A stretch of 64,000 bases of DNA from Takakia lepidozioides. Its lineage: Eukaryota > Plantae > Bryophyta. Position 1 is the first letter of the stretch. Every line of letters begins with the position of its first letter. The position numbers and the translations under genes were made by a program. The notes beneath the pieces were generated by a model, which was given only the letters and a program-made list of their open reading frames with translations, made no database searches and was not told the origin of the DNA. Positions 23,293 through 37,860 of this stretch are shown piece after piece. The stretch spans positions 29,512,001 through 29,576,000 of the forward strand of contig CM060731.1 in the NCBI GenBank assembly GCA_030704615.1. Direction: 5' to 3'.

Positions 23293-26200
23293 ATGGCAGT
23301 TGTTTATGATGGTAAGCTGGCTGCAATGTCCAGCGTGTGTATGCAAGGATTCGCAGTTGGGACTTCACCAGTGATGCGCCGTTGGCATCCACGTTTAGGA
23401 ACAGAATTCTATCAGCATAGTTTATGTCCGCCTGTGGTCAAGCGTTTGCGCCACCATGGCCGGTGCAGGGCGATTATTCTAGCATCCGTAGCAGGTGCAT
23501 ATGGAGTCGATAGGCAGGAGGGTCTTGGGCCTGGCGGCTTTTTGCTCGGCAGAATGGCGCAAGACACAGCGAAGAATAGCTCTGGTGCGATGGAGGAATT
23601 AGAACTTGAACGTGGTGTCTGCAATCCCTTCAGAAGATACACTCCTGAAGCGGTGAGTTGTTTCTCTTCGCATTCTTCGAGGTGGGGACAAAAGGAAATC
23701 AAAAGTGAGTGTTGCAGTACCGGCACTGAGTTGTTTGTGAATTTGCTGCTTACTGTTTCTGAGCCGGGGTACTCAATTGCCAAATGCGCAGGTGCGACAA
23801 AGAGTGTTACAGTCACCAAGTGCATTCCTTTCAGTAATTGGCCGAGGGTCCGAAATCCTTTTTTCATTAGGATTTTATTGGGCTTCCCTCTCGTATGACT
23901 GCCTTGTGGGGCGTGGTGAGGAGATGGTGCCTTTGCGTGCTAAGCAGCTTAGAACTCTTCTCTGCAACTTAGGGCCCTCCTTCATCAAAGCTGGCCAGGT
24001 AATGCTACACAGATGGCGGCTCATTGTTTACCACTTGATTTCTTTTTCAATTTTGCTGTTGTATCCTGGTGGCGTTTTAGCTGTAAAAACTTGCACTTTG
24101 GATGATGGGGGTGCTGAAGTATTTGGAATGGATTGGGAGTCATTATCCCTTCTTGGTTCATGTGCAGGTGCTGGCGAATAGGCCTGATATCATTCGTGAA
24201 GACTACATGAATGAGCTTTGTATCCTGCAGGATGATGTTCCCGCCTTCCCTAATAAGGTTTGCTGCTACATTTCTACTGCGCAGAAGTTGATGACAAACA
24301 CTCCCTGAAGCATTTCAATATTCTTGCTCTGGCTGGTGGCTCCTCTGCAATGCGTTCATTTCAAGCATTTCATCCTTGCCAGCTGATTATGACCTCATTC
24401 TGAAGGCCATAGGCCTCACGGATAATGTTTTACTAGTGGATGTGCTGAGCAGTCATGCACAGTCAGGTAAGGTGCTGTAGAACCCTGAAGGATTGAGTTG
24501 CGTATGTATGCAGGAGGCTCTTAGGATTATAGAGGAGGAAATGGGTGCGCCCCTAGAGCAGATATTTAGCAAGCTGTCAGCTGCCCCAGTGGCTGCTGCA
24601 AGTCTCGGTCAAGTCTACCGAGGTACACTCCGTGATTCAAGCGATGAAGTTGCTATAAAGGTGGGTTCATCTGCATTTTAGGACTTTCCATGTTCATTGT
24701 AGTCTGGATGTCTGTTTCTCTCTCTCTCTCTGTGTTCAGCTCAAACTGGCTGGCAGGGTCTACTGCCAGAAGGCTGGTACAAGCAAGGTCTGTTGGATTC
24801 TTCTTCCTCCTATCCATGTCGTATGAAAGGCCACCTTCAACCAGGAGTGCAAGGCCTGGAGCAAGATTTTGGTAGGAATGCTATCTGATTGACTTGTTGT
24901 CAGCTTTGAACCTCGCCAGTGCTGTGCTATGCTGGTGGGCCAACCTGTGCACGGAAAGTTAAGAGTTGTCGAGTAAATAATGCCTCTGTTAGAGGAGGAG
25001 TTCCTTAAAGATTTGACCTCTCAAAGTGCGCTGGAACTTGTTGCTGGTTTGGCAGGTGCAAAGGCCAGGTATTGAGCCAATTATCTACAGGGATCTATTT
25101 TTGTTCAGGACTTTGGCATCATTCCTGAATGGCATCAGTATGAAGAAGTTGGGCTGCAATGCGGAGCTCATTGTGGATGAATTTGGTGAAAAGCTGCTTG
25201 AAGAACTGGACTATACTCTTGTAGGTTCTCTCTTGCTCTGCTCTATTTCCACTCACTTGCCTGGGTACCTGTACGATTGTGGTTCCTGTTGTGAACGTAG
25301 CACTGAAGCAGCAATGTGACTTGCAGGAGGCGCGCAACATTGAGGACTTCTACAAGAATTTTCAAAGTGACCCAACTGTGAAAATACCTCGTGCATACAA
25401 AAACCTAAGTGGCGCACAAGTGCTTGTAATGGAATGGATTGACGGAATTCGCTGCACTGACCCCCAGGTGGGTTACCTTTTCTAACTCAGTAACCGGACC
25501 CCAGTTATTTCTTCAACTTCTGTTCAACCTGAAAAACTTTTTCAAGGATAGTTAGCTAGACCATATCCCTGGACGTAGTAAATTAATTTCCCCCTCTGTT
25601 GGAAGCTTCTGCCTGAAGTTTCCCACCTTCTCTATGTTCATGTGATGATTGTTACATGGAATCAAATGGAACAGACTTGGACGTAGAAAACCAATATATA
25701 AAGCATTTGCATACAAGCCTCAAGCAGACATGAAGCTTGACCTGGCAGCTATGGGTAAGTGCAGGGAATCAAGGAGGCAGGTATTGATGTTGAGGCTTTC
25801 ATAACAGTGGGGGTCAGTGCTGCATTGCGGCAGTTACTGGAGTTTGGACTCTTCCATGGTGATCCGCATCCTGGTAACATATTTGCCATGCGCGATGGTC
25901 GTGTTGCCTATGTGGATTTTGGAAATGTTGCGGAGCTAAGTCAGGTAAGCTGGATAGATTTATGACTTGGTTGTGTAAGAAACATGAAATTGTGTAAGGA
26001 CGCAGCATTAGATCACTGGAGTAGAGAGAGCTGAATAATGGTGAACTGCGAAAGTTCTAGAACTTCCGGGTGGCAATTTGAAGTAAGTTGTAACGTGAAA
26101 ACTTGTTGCCAGTCTAACTCTTGTTGAATGATTTTCACGAATGTGTTGGTTACTAGCATCCCAGTTAGAGAGCTGCAGTGCTAATGATGTTCAGATCCTG

Positions 26201-28332
26201 CACATTGCTGTACATATTTCCGAATGAATTCTGTGCATGAGTTGGGGGTTGGATACCCATCATTGCCAAATTCTCATTGGTTGAACTCCAGCCAATTTTT
26301 TTGATATACGTTGTTTATTTTGTGCAGCGAAACAAGCAAATTTTGATAGATGCAGTTGTCCATGCGGTAAATGAAGACTATGTGGAAATGGCGGGAGATC
26401 TTACCAGGCTTGGCTTTCTTGCTCCTGGTACCAACGTTACTCCCATTGTTCCTGCTCTTGAAGCAATTTGGCAAAACTCCACTGGCAAAGGCCTCGCGGA
26501 TTTTAACTTCCGCACTGTCACTGGTGAGCTTGCCAGTCTCGATCTCTTACTTCTCTCCCCCATAAATGACTCATGGGAGTAAGGGTGTCTGAAAGAAGTA
26601 TCACCTAGGTCGTACCTACATGTCGAGTTTACTTTATTTTGCATTTGGATGTTTTGTTCAGAACAATAGGCTTGAATGTATTCAGTTATTTTGAGTTTTC
26701 TCTTCTGGCACATTGTATGTACTGTACCACATGATTGTCATTTTCTCTCTCCTTCCCTCTAGATACAATCTGAAATTCGGTCTGGTGCAGGCAAGTTCAA
26801 TCAGCTTGTGTATGAGTACCCTATTCGGATTCCGGAGAGATTCTCTTTAGTGATTCGATCTTTGCTAACTCAGGAAGGAATCTGTCTCTCTCTTCTGCCC
26901 GATTTCAAGTTTCTTGAGGTACATATCTCACTGTGTTTTGCCAGATATTTTGACTTTCCTTGTCGTAAGAATTTTTGCTGGAACTGGTTTGATTATGCCA
27001 AATCTAAAATCCTGTGTTGTCCTTTGAAACGCCAGTATCTAATTCTTACATCTGATGTGCAGGTAGCCTATCCCTATGTGGCAAAGCGTCTGTTGACAGA
27101 TCCAGATCCGGCTTTGCGAGAACGACTTCTTCAGGCAAGATTCATCCAACAAAGGCTAGCTGGTCATGTTTTGGTTCAAGTTCCCAGTGTGTTTAGCTTC
27201 TGCATAATTGTTAATGACATGACTAAGAGATTTGGGCAGGAATGAAGACAGATATAGGGGTTGTGCTTCTTCCTTTATACATGTAAACTGGCTAATGAGG
27301 CAGTCTTATGAGCAGGTGCTGTTCAAGGATGGCTCATTTCAGTGGAAGAGACTGGAGAATTTGATTGTTTTGGCTAGAGAGCAAGTCACTCTGATGAATT
27401 GCAATACCCCGTTACAGAATGCTCTCTCATCGTCTAGTAGCAGGTATATGGGATTATCACTCTATCTTCCTGTGAAATTTTTACATTTAGCAGGACACAT
27501 GCAAGCATGGTGTTTCTACAACTCTTTCATGTGGACTTCGATCTGATTGGATGTTCAGAGGCAGCCCTGCAAGGAATAGAACGCCGGTTGGTGGGAAGCT
27601 AGATTTGACAGACACCATAAAAGATGGCGCTCGAGTGGTGGCCACTGATGCCAGCTTGCGTCGGCAGCTTCTTATGGCATTCACAGAGGACTCACGATTG
27701 CACCTTCGGGAGGTTTGACAACATATTTCCATCTTTTACAGCAACTAAGAAATAGTAGCTTCATGTCACGTTGGTCTTGTGTTGGTCTTGTGGTTCTATG
27801 AGACAGGTAGTCCACAGATAATTACCCCAATTTGCCTTGGGTGTAATACCACACAAGCATCAATTTGGCTTAGTTGTTGGACCACGAAATCCAGATCATA
27901 GGCCTTTTGAAGACTAGGCTCGAGGTTCATTCTAAAGTATCACCAAAAAACCTATCCTTCTGTTGACAAGGAAGTAAAGATATGTTTTCAGACCTTCAAT
28001 GTACGTTAACTTTTGACTTATTGTGGATAGTGACCTGTCATGTCATATCTTTCTCATTCGGGCATGGGGCTCTGGGTTACAGGTGCTGGATATATATAGG
28101 CTGGTACAAGGAGACTTCGATTCAGCAACTGTGGTGACGGATTTGGTGCAAGGTATGACTCCTTCCATGTCAGGCCTACTCATAGCTCAAAGGTGATTTT
28201 CCAGTTCAGAGACAGCTTGGGCTAGTTTTGGCTGGTCGCTCAGTACTCGCTTTGTGAGTGTGTGCAGGGATCCCGAGCGCTACCCGTGATTTCGTGCTGT
28301 CCTGGAGTGACTCCGTGCTTGCTGATCGCTAA
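23293..28332 (+). CDS. ABC1K1: Plastoglobule ABC1 atypical kinase 1 (multi-exon)
   Basis: Exons encode [104 protein letters not shown] and the C-terminus SWSDSVLADR*. Confidence 0.93.
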
Positions 28333-29482
28333 ATTGTTGCACCCGTACATTCAACAGCTTTCGACTTAGTTTTAACATGCGATGGGGGTCTTGTAGTGTT
28401 ACAGCTGAATTCAGGTTAGCTAGCCCTCTTTCCTTCGCAACATAATTAGCCTCACACCCCCATTCATTACCTCTGTCCACCTAGTAAGAGAAAATGTTTA
28501 GAGAAAGAATAGGCACCAGTCCCACTGGTCAAATGTATAGCAGCACAAGCTGTGGTTAGTGCCAGGAGGAATGCACAGGACAGTTACTTTACATACAAGC
28601 AATGCCACAAGTTGTGGGTGCACGCACCCACTTTGAGAAGATGCTTCAGCAAGCGTGGATGAGAAGTCAGTTAGGTAGGACATGTTTACTCCCTTCTACA
28701 ATCGGGTTCAATGATCACTGTCTTGTTCGCACAGGTAGTTTCCTGTCAGCTTTAGTGACTTAGCAGAAAGGCCCTCTACAGTTGAGATCCTCCATACAGA
28801 CAGGCTCCATGCCAAAAATTGAGATTTTTCAGTGTGAGTCCCCCCCACAGGGAGTTTTGTAACAATATGACAAGATTGCCATTTGTCTGCCGCACCAGTG
28901 TACCCTTACTTTTACATATACCTGGCAAAAGTATCATAAGCTATGTATGGATTATAGAACAAGCTCTTGACCAGTGGAATAGCTAGCTTGAGGGTCTAAG
29001 AGGTAAAAGCTGTGAGTTAGCAATTTCTGTTCCAAATTTTGATGGCTCAATGCGAATATCTTCACAAACCATTATGGGGGTTGGTATGATATCACAGCTG
29101 AAATCAAGTGTCCGTATCACACTAGGGTGACATCAAGAGTGGTCCAGTAACCCAACCACCTGAATCGTCGTGAGATGTCCTAGCATGTGAGCGATGGATT
29201 CAATAGTGTGTTTGATGGTTTTGGGTTGACTACCAAAATCAACTACGCATTTCGTCTAGAGCAGCAGACTGGTTAAGTACATAGTCAATCTTGCCCTCCC
29301 ATCCAATCTGATTGAAATCAAATAATTTTACAAATAGAAATGCCTTTCAGCATGTGCACTTCTAGGTTTCTCATTTCGAGATTGCACACACTGTGTCAAA
29401 GTTCAAGTCAATGTCTGCTCTCTTAAAATGACTACTGTTTAAGATGGCAAGAACCAGTGTGCAGGAGAAGAGTTATTAGTAG

Positions 29483-32327
29483 TCACAGCTCTGGTTGGCA
29501 ATCTTTAAAAAAGTTGATCACTAACTCGTTGAATTTTGCGCTCTGCTCCTCATGTATAAAATGACCACCTTTGAGCACAATGACATCCTTCAGATTGGGC
29601 ACCAGGTTCGTGAAGTCCCCACCATGGATGTAGTCCTTAAGCCCCGGTAACTCCAGAACTTGGTCTCTATCACCAGCAATGAACAAACAAGGTGTCTTCA
29701 CTCCCATATTTGTCCATGGGGCCTTCAGTTCCCATGTCCTGAACAAATGTTATCCCCATTATAAGAGCTGCAAGTTATACCGCTGGATATTTCATTTAAG
29801 TTTCATAGAGCTACCCTAGCTTGCTATGAGAAATGGCTCTTACTTCCATTGGCTTCAGCCATAGTCTTCTGCCTTTCTCTCATTTAAGTTTCACCCACAA
29901 CCTCACGGGAATTTCTGCAGGGTACAAAGCCCCAGAATCCTTAGATTTTCCACTCACCTGGTGCAACGAGGGTAGTACCTCTGAAAGCTGGCTATCACTG
30001 ACCCTTGAGGATGTAGAGCTGCTTGAGATACCAACCCTCCTGAGGACTTCGACTACACACTATTGCTCAGCTGATGACCAATCAAAGCGGATCAAGTGAT
30101 AATTCAAGGGCTGGCATTAGCTGGCATACTGTCGATTTCTACAGTGCTACTGTAGCTCTATCTTAACACAGGTGTATACGCATTGATTCAGTCACACTTC
30201 GGAGCAAGAAGAAAGGAAAATAGTTTATAGCATTCACCAGAATCTTTAATTAGATTTCTTTCTATTGCACTAGATGTATTTCTTTGCCTGCTGGCCCTTC
30301 TAGAAAGGGCATTTCTTGGCCTTCCAAGGTGGTGATTGAGGTTGCTGGTCTAGTAAGTGTGATCTGGGGTGTCCCCCTCTTTCCTTGCAACGAACAAAGG
30401 AAAACAGAAAAACAGAGAAGGGCCACTCAAAGTTAGTAGACCTTGCACCTGTCAATGGCCCGGTAATAATTGAGACTGCCAGTGAATCCTGTGTTCTCAA
30501 ATTGTTCTGTGAGGTAATCAAGATCCTCTTGTGTGAACCACAATGGTAGTGCATCAACCTTTGGCAATGTCGTATTCTCCTTCCCTTCAGGTGCCGCCAG
30601 TGAACGCCGATGGGAAGATGCAATTCTCTTTCTGAGGACTTCTGATGTTCCAACACTGGCAAATTCATTCTCAGCTCTTCCTGGTGCCTGCAGAGGCACA
30701 GCAACCATAGTAGATGAGGACTGTGCCCAACATCTCCTGTTCTGGAAACCAGATGTGATCCATGCCAACTAAAACCACATGCTACATACTGAATTAGAAA
30801 ATGCAGGACATACCTATACAACATCGATCAATCTCACTGTCCAGTCCAGAATCCACACAACTCTTGGTATAAAAAATGGAAGGAAATCTGCGTGTGTAGA
30901 TCGAGGAGTTTTTGGTCATCGTCATGCCATCCAAGTAGATTTGGTTATGTCGTTTTCTTTGCAACCATGTTCGAGCGTTTGGCTCTGGAGGTGAATTGTG
31001 AGAAGTCTCTCATGAAGACTAAAGCTTGACTGGGGCCTCGCCCCTTTCTTCTGTTAAGGTCAAACAGTGCGAGACAGAGACATGGAGAAAAGATGATAGA
31101 AAGAAAGAGTGAATTTTATTAGAAGCCGGACCTTCACAAGTTACCCTGTCTTCAAGCAGTAACCAACCCCTGGTTTTCTAGTTATTAGCTCAGTACCATC
31201 TTGAGTAAGATTAATTTGCTCAAATCCTCAACTTATGGCTTACCTGGAATCTGTGTATGTAGAACCCTTCACCAAGCTCATCGAGATAGGTCTGATAAAA
31301 GCTCTGATCTGGCATGCGTGTGAAGAAGGGGACACTGACAGCCACATATGCTTTGACCCGATCAGGCCGTAGCAAGCACAGGTCCCACCCGATGAGGGCA
31401 CCCCAGTCATGCCCTACAACAAATGCCTGCATTACCAAATCCCCATCTGCCTCTTGGATATTTGCCAGAGCTTCAGCATGCTGATTGATTCTTGTTTGCT
31501 TGCTTTAGTGAGTTACAGAGTAGACCTCTCATCATCCGAGCTCAGGGTGATTTCATCAGAAAGGGGAGTCTCAGTGCATTGATGTGTACAGCACATTTTA
31601 CACTAATTACCACCTATTTGCTGCTAAGTAGCAAGTGATCTTTTGGAAACACATACAAGGAGGGGAGGGGAAGAGAGAATAAGACAATGTTTGCAATAAC
31701 CCTGTGCCCTAGACAGAGTATCCAATCTGAATGGATAGAGAGAGGGAGGCGGGTGCTCTGAGCACAGGGATTCGTACTTCTTTTTCGCTAAGAGCATCGA
31801 GGAGACCGATGAAGTCACCCACAATGTGTAAGCTGGTGTACTCATCGGCGCTGGTGGGTGCATCACTTCGGCCATACCCCCGCATGTCGGGAGCAATGAC
31901 GTGGAAGCCAGCCTCCGCAAGAACAGAAATTTGGTGGCGCCACGAGGTCCAAACCTCAGGGAATCCATGCAGGAGCAGAACTACAGGACCTGTTTAAAAA
32001 AATGACAAAAGATTGAGAAACTTTGACCAATTTGTCCAGAGAATTCTCCGAACACGAACCAACAGACAGTCACCTCCAATTTGAAAGGTCCATTGACTCC
32101 GCAAGGAAAGCCCATTTACTACGTAGGAGGAACGACCGATGATGGTGTGTGTTGAACCTTATTGACATAACAGGAGGTCAAACAAGGAGAGTAAACTGGA
32201 GGTAAGAGTTAATGCGTCGTACATCACATGAACGAAAGGGAGACAACTGACCAGAGCCTTGCTCTGCGATATGTATGGAGAGGCCATTGTTGCGCATGTG
32301 GATGTTACGGTGAGTGATCCCCTCCAT
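29483..32327 (-). CDS. Soluble epoxide hydrolase (alpha/beta hydrolase), 5 exons
   Basis: MEGITHRNIH..HIAEQG, LLHGFPE, APDMRGYG, VVGHDWGA, GFTGSLNYYRA, FIAGDRD and GGHFIHEE. Confidence 0.92.
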
Positions 32328-33802
32328 ACCGTCTGAGTTTAGCCCCACCTTTCCTTCCTATCCCCAGCCAACCCTATATCTCACTCGAAAGGGCAAGAAT
32401 CTTATGCCCCTATTCCACCAGACTATTCTCCCCTGCCATTCTGCTCCTGCCACCCGACGCGGGCTTTTGGGCACAAGCTACGCCAAGTAAGTCTCTATTT
32501 GATTCAATGAACTGCTCAAGCCACCAAGCCTACAATACAATACAATACCATAACATACCATAAACTAAGATCAAGTTTTTAGCTGGGCAAGGAAATAATG
32601 TTCACAGGCATCACTAAGATCCCAGGAGACATCTGGGTAAGCAAACAATCTGAGCATCTCCGTGGTAATCCATCTCACTCTAATCAATTACAGACAACTA
32701 ATAGCCGAAGGTGAAGCGCAGCTGACTCACGGAGAAAAAACCAGGGGCTCAAATCCTGTAACGTCACCGGAACAAAATCAGATGAAATCAAACTTCTGAG
32801 ATTCATAAGCCAGCCATCGACTCAATTCCCCAGAAAAAAAGTAGAATACTATCCTTTCCTGTAACACTCAGGGTGCCAATGCACGTATCTTTCCTCTCTC
32901 TTTACATCCAACTTTACTCCTAATTAGAACAAACTACTTCCAAGAAAAGATGCGAGGACTCGCAAACATTGACAGCAGGTATGAAGTATGAACACCACAC
33001 CTGCTCTGCATGCGATCAACGCAAGCAGCTCTGTCTGCAGCCCACAAGCACACGCTCCATCGCCCAAAGTCGAGTTCTCAGATGGCCTGGCAAACATTCA
33101 GAGCCTCACAGCCCAGCTGGCAAGTGTCAGCTTGGTCACCTTTTGCCACGCGTATCGTTGTGGCTGGCTAGACGAGCCGACGTGGCACACGTGGCTGTCC
33201 AGTGATTTTTGGCAAGGATTTCGAGTGAAATATGCAAAACAAAAACAAAAAAAAAGAAGTGTGAGGGTCAGCAGTCATCTCCTTCCCCGCACTTGCTTTC
33301 TCTCATCAGTCTTTCACTGCGCTCGCTTCCAGCAGACATTCTGATGTTTCTTTCTGACATGGACACGAGATGAATTAGTCGATGAGGAATGGTGCGGGGC
33401 TTGTCCGTCACTGAGACTAGCCGGAGTACTAGAAACTAGACCCGCAGGATTTTTTTTGGTATAACATTAGACAAGTTTATCCGGACCCTAGGAATGTCTT
33501 CTTACAATGCAGGTGATGCAGCTGGAGAATGATGATGGTGCTTCAACTGGTGGGTGGAGGGCCAACCCTCCATCCTCATTCAGTTACTAAGTTTTCCCGA
33601 GCGGATTTGGCTTCAACTTGAGACTAAGTTAGAAGCAATTGTCCTGCTAGTTTTATTTGAAACATTCTGAATGATGTTACGAGTGGCATTATAACTTTGA
33701 TATTTGGAAAGTCTGCCGTGCTTTGGAATTCACACGCAGACTAGTCGCAGTAGCCGGAGGAATTGCAATTGTGAGCCTTGTGTAGCTCACAGATTGCAGG
33801 GG

Positions 33803-36076
33803 ATGATGGAGATGGACGAGGCCAGTGATTCGGAAACTGGTAGAGACTCTGCGAAAGACTTACCTCCCGAAAATCTCTTCAGGGCGCGTCGGAAAAGATA
33901 TATTACGTGCGGCTCCTTCTTCATTACGGTCGTAAATCAAAGCAACCTCCGCGCATCCGTGGTATGTGAAATCCTGATTCTTCGTATTGTACCCGTTCAG
34001 TGCGCTTAACGGGTGTTTTCTGGAGTGTGAAGGTGTTAGCTGCCAAAAGGCATCGTAGACGCCGCAGAACTTCAAGGACCAGAGGTGATCAGGGGTTTAG
34101 GGTTTGGGAATCATGCATACCTGTGGTGAGCGGGTTTCCTTTCTTCACCAACAGGTTGGTCATACAGTGTGTGATAAAGGACATGAGCGAGCGTAGATCT
34201 TTGCATAACTCAACGTGCATGCATAGTGCACTTGGCCATAACAGAAGAGTTGCCGCTTGAGAAGCTAGTGTAGGCATCTGAGATTTTGTATCCATGTAAC
34301 GTACGAATCTAATATCTTTGCTTGATTCAACGACAGCGTGTCCCTCTGGACTTTGTGAGGGCCAACAATATCTCTCAGGACATCGAAGAAATCACTCTCC
34401 AGGGTCCAAATGGCCTGATATGGAGTGCGGAATTGGTCTGGTTCAAGGGCGGTGCCGTTTCCATAAAACGTGGATGGAGGCAGTTTTCCATCGACCACAG
34501 CTTACAGGTGCGGGATATACTCATTTTCACTATATTTCCACCATCGCACTTTGAAGTCCAAGTGTTCTATGGGGGTAAACTTGGCACTAAGAGTGGAGCT
34601 GCAAATTATCCCGGGAACTTACCAATGAAAAGGCCACTGCCCTCGCAAGCTCCTGATAGAGAGGAACAGTTGACCACGGCAGGTGTAGTCAGTGCCTGTT
34701 GCTTCAGCAACGAAGTGGACAACTTTCACGCAGTAAACCCTTTCAAACTGGAAAACACCTTGCACAGATCTGATTATTCTGAATGTGCAACCCTAGATGG
34801 AAATTTACAGTCACAGATTCCTAATTGTGCCAATCAAGATGAGAATACACCCCTAGAAGGAAATCTACACCCACTGGTTCCAGACAGTGCCAGTCCAGAT
34901 GAGCATTCAACCCAAGATGGAAATCTGCACTCTCAGGTTCTTGACAGTGCCAATCAAGTTGATGCGGAGATACTGCCAGATGAGCATTCAACCCTAGATG
35001 GAAATCTGCACTCACTGGTTCCTGACAGTGCCAATCAAGTTGATGCAGGGATATTGCCAGATAAGCATTCAACCGTAAATGGGAATCTGCACTCATGGGT
35101 TCCTGACAGTGCCGATCAAGTTGATGCAGGGAAACTGGCAGATGGGCTTTCAACCCTAGATGGAAAGCTGCACTCATGGGTTCCTGACAGTGCCAATCAA
35201 GTTGATGCGGGAGTACTGTTCCAATCTCTGAAAAATGATCCTTTGACAATACCAAGGCGTCGCAGAGCTGCAAGGATGGCAATGAGATTTATGACGATTT
35301 ATCGTAGCAGTTGTTCTGAGGCTTTGAACATGGTCAATCATTATGCACAGGTTATTGAGGGCACTGAGAATTTGTCATATACGAAAGCTTTGTCATTTGG
35401 TGGCAGGACTTCAGCTTCAAGAGTGTCTGTTCATCCACGAAGAGGGGCTGTCACAGCAGAAGAGAGGGATAAAGTTGTGAAGATGGGCAGGGTTTATGTA
35501 CAATTGATCGAGAATCCAAACTTCATGATGATAATGCGAGAATCTCATGTCTATCATGGGTTTCATCTTGTAAGATTCAACTTCTGTCCTCCTAGGCCTC
35601 AAAAGCAGCCATCCCCTACCTTACTTGCCCTGACGGGAAAAGTCATAGTAAAAGAGTCCTATCAAATGTTCCAGATATGAGGACTGATGTCTTGCACACA
35701 ACCATTTTGTGATTGTTTTTCAAAGCTAAGAACAACTTTGTCGACAAATGAACAGTGTTTTCTGACCCTTCTTTGCTTGCTTGTGCAGAACTTACCGTTT
35801 GAGTTTGTCACGAAGTCACAAATGCCATCACAGGAGATTAAAATTTGCCTGATGGATTGCAATGGAAAAATGTGGAAGCCTATGTGTTTAGGTGATCACC
35901 CGTATGGTCGGAATTTCAGATGTGAAGACTGGGCACAATTTGCACTCAATCACTGTCTGGAGGAAGGAGATGTTTGTGTGTTTGAGCTCACCAACGCCAC
36001 AGAGTTTATTATCCTGGTGCGCATCTTCCGTGTAGTGGAAGTTGGAGATATTGGTGAGCGATCGTGTAGTCATTAG
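33803..36076 (+). CDS. REM-like transcription factor with two B3 domains and an internal 27-aa tandem repeat
   Basis: Exon 33803-33961 (FFITVVN). Exon ~34337-35569 (ITLQGPNGLIW..GWRQFSIDHSLQVRDILIF; NPNFMMIMRESHV). Exon 35789-36076 (LPFEFV..GKMW..WAQFALNHCLEEGDVCVFEL). Confidence 0.85.
34780..35215 (+). repeat. In-frame 81-bp (27-aa) coding tandem repeat with shorter 57-bp variants
   Basis: PDEHSTLDGNLHSLVPDSANQVDAGIL-like units, about 6 including partial copies. Confidence 0.9.
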
Positions 36077-36954
36077 GAAACGATTGCATGGAGGCCTGGA
36101 TGACTGCTGGAGCACCATGGGATAGTTTGGTTATCATTCTGCTAGGCCCAAAGTTGACAGGCAGTTTTAGACATGCTGAACCATCAAAACTACATTCTCT
36201 CATTCTGCCTAATTGTCACGACATACTTTACTCTGAAGTCAAATTGTCGAAACTCGCACCCACCCAACCTACCACAATAATCTACGTACTCTTTGGTTGG
36301 AGGGTGATTGGTGTTTTTCCATCTGGGTAGTGTCTGAGCAATTGAGATCTACGCTTGATGTGATATCTCTGAGATTTTGTGAGGAATACCTGTGAGAAAT
36401 ACCATCATACTGCAAGCCAGCTTTTCTTGCAGTTCTCAGACATTTCAAACGTCATTGCTTTCATTTCTATTCAGCGATGCATACCTGTAGGATCGGTTGA
36501 GATATCCAGCATACAGTTGAAACATTGGGCCAAGGGATTAGCACTCTAATATGAAGAGGGCCTCCTTTAACCCTCCTCTTCAATTGTTGTTTTGCTTCTC
36601 ACAACCTAAATCTGGTCCAAATATATCAAGGAAGCTTTCCCAAGGTCCTTCCTACCTTGCCTCCCAATAGCCTCCTTGGTACTGAAGAAAGAAGAATGAC
36701 ACTCTATGAAGTCCAGGCCTTCTGATCCCCTCTGAACTGTTGTAGGCTTGCACATGACCAAGCTGTCTGACTTGGGAGGGTAAGCTCCTTGGTCTTGAGC
36801 AAACATCACGAAAAAAACAACCTCACTGACTCAAAAGGTGACACAGCTGCCAACTTTCATTTTCTCTCTTCCAGAACCACACTAGGCCCTTGCAGATAAG
36901 TATTCAAAAGGGCACTACAACCGCAACCCTCTACACTCCACATGGTTTTGCAAT

Positions 36955-37860
36955 ATGGAGGAGGAGATTTGGGGCAGGATCCCTTTGGAGTTAATCACGG
37001 TAGTGTTTGGCTGTGTGCCATATCGAAGTCTTGTCCGCTTTAAGTCGGTTTGTAAGTTGTGGAATGCCCTCCCATCTACTGCTAGTTTCCAGCAACTTTG
37101 TCAGCAGCTCCCTCTTCACGAAGAGTCCTACGTCTTCTCATTGGACAGACAGCTAGGTTGCATGTTGTATGCCCTCACAACTCGACGGTGGCACAAGATC
37201 GGCCTCAAATTCCCCGAGGATAATTCACTATGCACACCTCGTGCTGCAGATGGGGGCTTATTTTGCATAACAGAGGAGAGCGTCGATGAGGGCGATGATG
37301 AATTATCATGGATAGTATACAATCCTCAGTTCGAGACAATTGCCTACCCCGCCTCACAATCGAACACATTTGGACGTGCAAAGTGTAAATCTGATGGTGA
37401 ATAGATACACCAACAGCTACAAGGAAGCGGTGTGTGGACTACAGTTGCTACACAGATGCCTAATTGTCGTGGAGGTGGTTACACTGTAGCTGGTCCATTC
37501 CTTGTAGAGAATGGCGGGCGCCTATTGCTAGTTGGATATGAAGGCTTCTCTACCTCGCCCATCTCACCCATCACCGGTGTGTGGGAGTTCAAAGGTTCTA
37601 CAACGGCTCCAGAGTGGCTGGAGATTACAAACACTATTTTCCACTGGGGCGCCTTCTGGTTGAAAGTGGTGAGCCAGGACAATCTCTTATTCTTTTGGAG
37701 CAAGGGAATGTGTTCTGCAAACCCACAAGTAGTTAGAATATATGACATGAAGCAAGACACATGGACATCCCCCCAGGATTTCTTTCCGCCTCAGTTACCA
37801 GTTACTAGGCTAGACATGTGTTTGGTGAGCGGGGGTCTTAGTTCAGGTGCAAAAGTCTAG
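36955..37860 (+). pseudogene. Intronless F-box/kelch-like gene, frameshifted and internally deleted
   Basis: F-box MEEEIWGRIPLELITVVFGCVPYRSLVRFKSVCKLWN, then AADGGLFC and LVENGGRLLLV. The ORF is broken at ~37330-37430. Confidence 0.75.
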
